Positions 58,966-64,000 of a stretch of 64,000 nucleotides of DNA are shown in pieces. How positions within the stretch are numbered: position 1 is the stretch's first letter; each line of letters begins with the position of its first letter. Origin of the DNA: Felis catus (taxonomy: Eukaryota); NCBI RefSeq assembly GCF_018350175.1, contig NC_058369.1:9984001-10048000 (forward strand). Direction: 5' to 3'. The notes under the pieces were generated by a model. It saw nothing but the letters and a program-made list of their open reading frames with translations. It ran no database searches and was not told the DNA's origin. A program made the translations under genes and the position numbers.

Positions 58966-61900
58966 AGGTTTTCAAGAGGAGGCAGAGGAACAGCATGAGA
59001 AGAGCAGGTGGGCGACCTGTAAGTCTCCCGAACTTACTATCTGGCTCTTCACAGAGAAAGCGTGCTGACCCCTGGTCCTGAGCAGTAGTTCCCAACGAGG
59101 CACAAGTCTGTTCTCGGTCCCAGGCTGTTTGCCAATGTCTGGGGTCTCAGTCGGGGGCGGAGGGGATACTACCGGTATCTGGAGGGTGCAGGGTGGGGAT
59201 GCTGGCCACAGTCCTGTGACCCACAGGGCAGCCCCCGCAGAGAATGACCCGGCCCCGATCCCAGGACCGCCATGGCTCGGAGACCCCCTCGCCTGCCTGT
59301 GCCACCTCTCCAGGGGCCGGACAGGAGCTCCCGCTTGGCTCCCTGACTTGCCCATTCCTGACTTCCTGGGTATTTTTAGCCTTGAGGGAGGGACCCTGAC
59401 CATTTTTAGCTTTGGGGGGGGCAGGGCTATTTTTAGCCTCAGCATCTATTTATTAGAGTTTTTATCTTCCCCAAATTTTGGAGTTGGGGGTGGGGAGGCA
59501 GGGGGCTTCTGCTGGGCTATTTCCCCAGGGCCAATGCAGACTGGAAACAGGGGTGAGGGGCGCATCCCATGAGACAGAGAGGCTGGGTCAGTGCCCCACC
59601 AGGAGGGGCTGCTTGGGCCCTGACCCTGGGTTTCCAATCCCCCCGCCGAACAGAGGGCCCCCACATTTCCCACCTCAGGCTCTCCACCCCATAGCGTGCG
59701 CAGTTCCATACAGATACCCTCACACACTGGAGCACCCATGAGGCCAGCTCAGAGAGAGCTGGTGGGCACAGGTGGGCTCACAGGTGGGCACGGGGAACAG
59801 GTGCAGAGATGGCCCGGTCAGGCCCCTAGCGGCGGCCCTCGGTCCCCCCAAAGGGGCAGGGTGGGTGGGGAGCCCTCACTATACACAGCCAGAGGACTCC
59901 CGTCCTTTGACAGGCCCCCTCCCATTCACTCAGGTAAGATTTCTTGAACACCTACTGTGGGCCAGGTATGAGTCTCGACACCTTGGGTCCAAAAGCAAAC
60001 CAAGTGATAAACTCCCTGAGCACTTGGATCCTGGCTGGGGAGACAGATGACAAAGAAACAGGCACAATAAATAAATAGATGACAGAGTGTGCGAAAAGGC
60101 ATCCATGCTAGGCAAAGTCAGGAGGCGGGTGGGAGGCTGCGATTTTAAACAGGCTGCACGGGGTAAAGGTTACGGGGGCGGGGGCTGACATGTGAAGCGG
60201 GTGAAGAAGCAAAAGCCTTGTGGACGGCTGGGTGAGAGTCCTGGGTGGAAGAACAGCCAGTGCAAAGGCCCAGGGTCGAAATGTACTTAACATGTTGGTG
60301 GAGAAGTGAGGAGAGAGGGAGTGAAGGGGACGAGGTGTTGGGGACGGTCACGCAGGGCCAAACCCCAAGATGGCCCGGTGCCGGAACCTGCTGTATTACG
60401 TGGACACCGGGGCTGCCACAAACCTTCTCCCTAACTCCTGGAATACAAGCCCCTTGACTGAAATCCCTACGTGTTGCCAGACTAAGAGCTCCACGAGGAC
60501 AGGGCACTGTCCCCATGGCATCACCAGCACAGACTGCACGAAGAGGTGCACCCAGCCTCGTTCCAAGAAGCCTTGTGTCCACATACCTGCCACATGAGAT
60601 ACAGACCCCCCGCTCCTGTGTGGAGCCACAGACAAACACGGGGCCACTCGCTCTGCAAAACTCACAAACGCCAGCACACAGGAGACCCCTACAAGCATCG
60701 GACTAGCCTGCTGGACACGTGATCGCAGCCAGGCTCAGCCGGGTCACCGTCCAAATCGCACACACAGAACACACAGACATCTGACAGAGGACTGGATTCT
60801 GGGGGCGATGAGAACCTCCCCCCGCCCGTGGCTCTGTCCGGCAACAGCCTCCCGTCCTGGGACCCTGCTTTCCTCTTTGATGGGGGCGGCCAACACCCGG
60901 CCCAGGAGGAAGGCTCGGTTGCTCAGGCACGTCCAGGGTCACTGCGGTCGGGTCCAGACTCCAGACCCAGGGAACACCCACGCCCCCCCCCCCAACAAAG
61001 AGGGAAATGTCTGGCGGCTGGAAATCGGATCCTTGAGAGGAGCCCACATTGAAATCGGAGCCTTGTCCTTGGCCACACAGCTGGCTGGAGAGGTAGGAGG
61101 GAGCAGAGACCTGGAGCTCAGCTCCCCACAGCCAGCGGGGATCCCCCTCCTCCTCTTCCGCATTAGGGGTACCCGCTCTAGCTGAGCAGCACAGCCCCTT
61201 GGGATCAGCACCCCCCCACACCAGATGCCCACACTGGGGCTCATGCTCTCCCACCAGCCTGGGGGTGCGAGGAAGCTGCACACCCCAGATGCAGGCAGCT
61301 CACAGGTGGAGCCCCCCACCCCCAGGGCCAGGAGTTCAGACCGCTAGATGCAGACAGCAGTGCAGCCAGGGAGCCCGCCAGCCCCTCCCCTACACACCTG
61401 GTGGGGGTCCTCCTAGGCTCCCCAGGGCACGCTGGGAATAGACACAGGGCTTCATGAGTCTCCCTTCCACCTCTTCCCCACAGGCACCATGGCCCAGGTA
61501 CGCCGGCCCCGTCTTCCCGCCCTCCCTAACCCTGGGTAGCTTCCAAGCCCAAAGGCAGGCATTAGCAGGGGTGATCATGCCTTAAGCCAGCTCCCCAAGA
61601 GCGGGGGGTTGGGGTGGGCGTCCTGTAGAGGGATGGCCTCGTGAGGCACTGGAGGGCAGGGACCACGAGCATGGGGCGGGCTAAGCCCCTGCGGGAGGTC
61701 ACCAAGGGAGAGGAGGGAAGGTGGCCGTCACAGTAGGAGGGCCGGCGCTCACATGTGCGCGTACATGTATGTGGCTCGTGGCATGGGTGCCACTGCCGCC
61801 AGCCAGGGATCGAATTAGTTCCCTTTTCCGCTTTCCAGATGATTTTTCATCTCTGTAATTAATGGGCAAGTCAGTTCTGAACGGCATGGCAGGCAAATTG

Positions 61901-62949
61901 CTAGTTAGGAAAATCACGGATAATTTTCTCGATATGATAATGAAGGTTGTATTCCTTCTCTTATTCTCCCTGTTTTCATCCTGCTTTTAAGTAATAAATT
62001 TGGCATTAGTGGGTGGGGAGTGGGGAGGAAAGAGAAGTCACCTGCCCCCACAGCTGGGGCCTGCCCCAGCCCCGCTGGGAGTCCTGAGCCCCCGGCCATG
62101 GGGCAGACGGAGAGGATGACAGACGGGGACCCTCCGTGGGGCACCGCACCATCCCGATGATAATTCAGGTGCCAGGCCTAGAAGAGCAGGTGGAGGGCAG
62201 GGAGCCCCCAGCTGTGAGCGGGGCTGAACGGATGGGGTCTGGGGTCAGGTTACAAGCCCACGCCGGCCCCTGGGGTGCTGGAAAGAAGAACAGAGACCAA
62301 CAGCCTCTCCCCAAGAAGCAAACAGCATTGAGGTCAACAGGCCTAGAGCAGGCATCATCCTTAGGAGTCCCCCACACCTGTCCCCACACTGTCCGACCCC
62401 TTCTCTGCGATGACTCCTGCAGCAGCCAAGGGACCAGAGCAAGCAGAAAAGGGAGAGAGAGAAAGAGAAACAGACAGAGAGAGGCGGAGAGGCGACCAGC
62501 CATCTTGGCAGCCATCTTGAACCCCTCCCCCTGCTCCCCCAGGCACACCACATGTTTGGATGTGGGCAGACTAACCCAGGCCCTGGGTCCTGCAGGAGCC
62601 AGGAGGAAAGGGGGCCCTGCCTCAAGCCTGGGACGGCTGGACACCCGCGCAGCTGCCACCACTGGGGAGGGTCGGGGGGGGGGGGGGCAGTGGTTACGGC
62701 CAGGAAGGTACAGTGAGGGGCTGGGCAGGGATGGGGCTGGGTGCTGACCTAGACTGGAAGAGTAGGGACAGGGCCGTGCGTGGGGGCTGTGCAAGCAGAG
62801 TGCTGTCTTCGTAGGGGTGCTGGGGGTTCACTGAAGCGATGCCTGCAGGGGCATTTTTCTGGCCAGGGCCGGAGCACCCACAGCACTCTCCACCCTCTTC
62901 TGGTCCGGACTCCCGTCCCGGGACCCTCCGATGGGAGGATGACAGTTGA

Positions 62950-64000
62950 TTCCCCATAGCTGGACCCAATGAACACCTGGGGGAGAGGGAGGGCTCTCGC
63001 CCTCAGAGCCCGAATCCGGGTGGATCAAACCCAACGGCTTTCCAGGCTTAACCGGGTGCCAGCGAGAGCGGGAGCGAGAAGACGCAGCCGAGCTGCCCAC
63101 CTCCTGACAGCGGTGCCCCCCGCGCTGCGGCCGGCGGGACACCCAGACGGACCCCTCCCCATCCACCGCGTCTCTGCCTCCCGGAGAAAAACAATCCCCA
63201 GCCCAGCATCCTGCGGTGCCAGCCCTCGACACTGCTCCTCCGGGGGCCGGGGCCCGCGCGCGGCGCGCACACGCACCCTCTCCGCTCACACCCAGACACC
63301 TACACAAACAGGGCGCCAAGCACCCGCGCGCACACGCACCGGGGACACGCAGGCACCGCCGCGCCGCTTCCCCACAAAGGCTGGAGCGCGCGCGGGCACA
63401 CGCAGCCACGCGCGGGCACACTCGCGGTCCCCTCCCCCCGCCGGGCACCCCGCGGCCGCCCATCCGCACCCCAGCGTCCCCGGCGCTCCGTGGGGGCCGC
63501 CCCTCTTGACCCCCAAGCCGGTGGATACGAAGTGCAGGCCGCCCCCGACTCCCCTCGGCTCAGGTGCAGTGAGTCGCGGCTCCAGCATCCCCTCCCCCTT
63601 CGCGGCCCGGACAGGCCTCGGCTCCCGTCCTCCCCCCACCCGCCTCGGCCCGCACACCTGGCCCAGGTGCGGCGTCCCCCTCGCCCTGGACCCACAGACA
63701 CTCACCTGTCCAGCGCAGCTCCGGGGTCGGCCCTGCGCGTCTCTCCTGCGGCTCCGCGAACCCCGGCCCCCCGCCCGGCACATCTCCCGGAACCGGGGCG
63801 GGGGGGAAAAGGGTGAGGGGTGGCGGGGCGAGGGCGGCCTCCGTGTCCCCTCCTTCCCCCGGCCCAGCACCGCCGCCACTAACCAAAAATTTAAAAAAAA
63901 TAAAAAAAAATAAAAAAAAAAAAAAAACGGATTATACAGCTCCAAAGGCGGCCCCCTCGCGGCGGCAGAGGCTCGGGGCTGGGGGCGAGCGGGTCTGCAC
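62950..64000. promoter_or_regulatory. ADGRL1: ADGRL1 promoter/first-exon CpG island
   Basis: Very high GC and CpG content (CGCG runs, GC boxes) surrounding the exon 1 donor. Confidence 0.85.
63706..64000 (-). other. ADGRL1: ADGRL1 5' leader exon 1 in CpG island (5' end uncertain, may extend past the window)
   Basis: Perfect donor GGACAG|GTGAGT after 63706 within a strong CpG island. Confidence 0.8.

Noticed and set aside
62969..63913. 314-aa plus-strand ORF
   Set aside because: Arg/Pro/Ala-rich product of stop-codon scarcity in a CpG island.

Overview
Mammalian genomic DNA, almost certainly from a cat-family (Felidae) animal, judged by the abundant SINEC_Fc/CAN-SINE elements. It appears syntenic with the human ASF1B-ADGRL1 locus. 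The left end holds the first two exons of ASF1B (minus strand; later exons fall outside the window) and its CpG-island promoter. That promoter looks bidirectional, with a divergent plus-strand spliced first exon where human ADGRL1-AS1 starts. About 7-19 kb is repeat-rich intergenic sequence. About 19-64 kb is nearly the whole ADGRL1 (latrophilin-1) gene on the minus strand. I traced a 5' leader exon (donor at 63706) and 23 coding exons with GT-AG borders; they join in phase into 4422 nt (1473 aa + stop), followed by a ~3.1 kb 3'UTR. No prokaryotic, CRISPR or viral coding system is present. The most interesting signals are hidden in ADGRL1: (1) a spliced 47-codon uORF across leader exons 1-2; (2) a candidate internal first exon that would give a receptor with no signal peptide or lectin domain; (3) a nested cryptic microexon in the last intron that could insert 9 aa or truncate the PDZ tail; (4) a frameshifting counterpart of the rodent splice-site-B insert; (5) a perfect RFX X-box; (6) a recombinant SINE trimer. 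Repeat family names and cross-species comparisons are from memory and were not verified by search.
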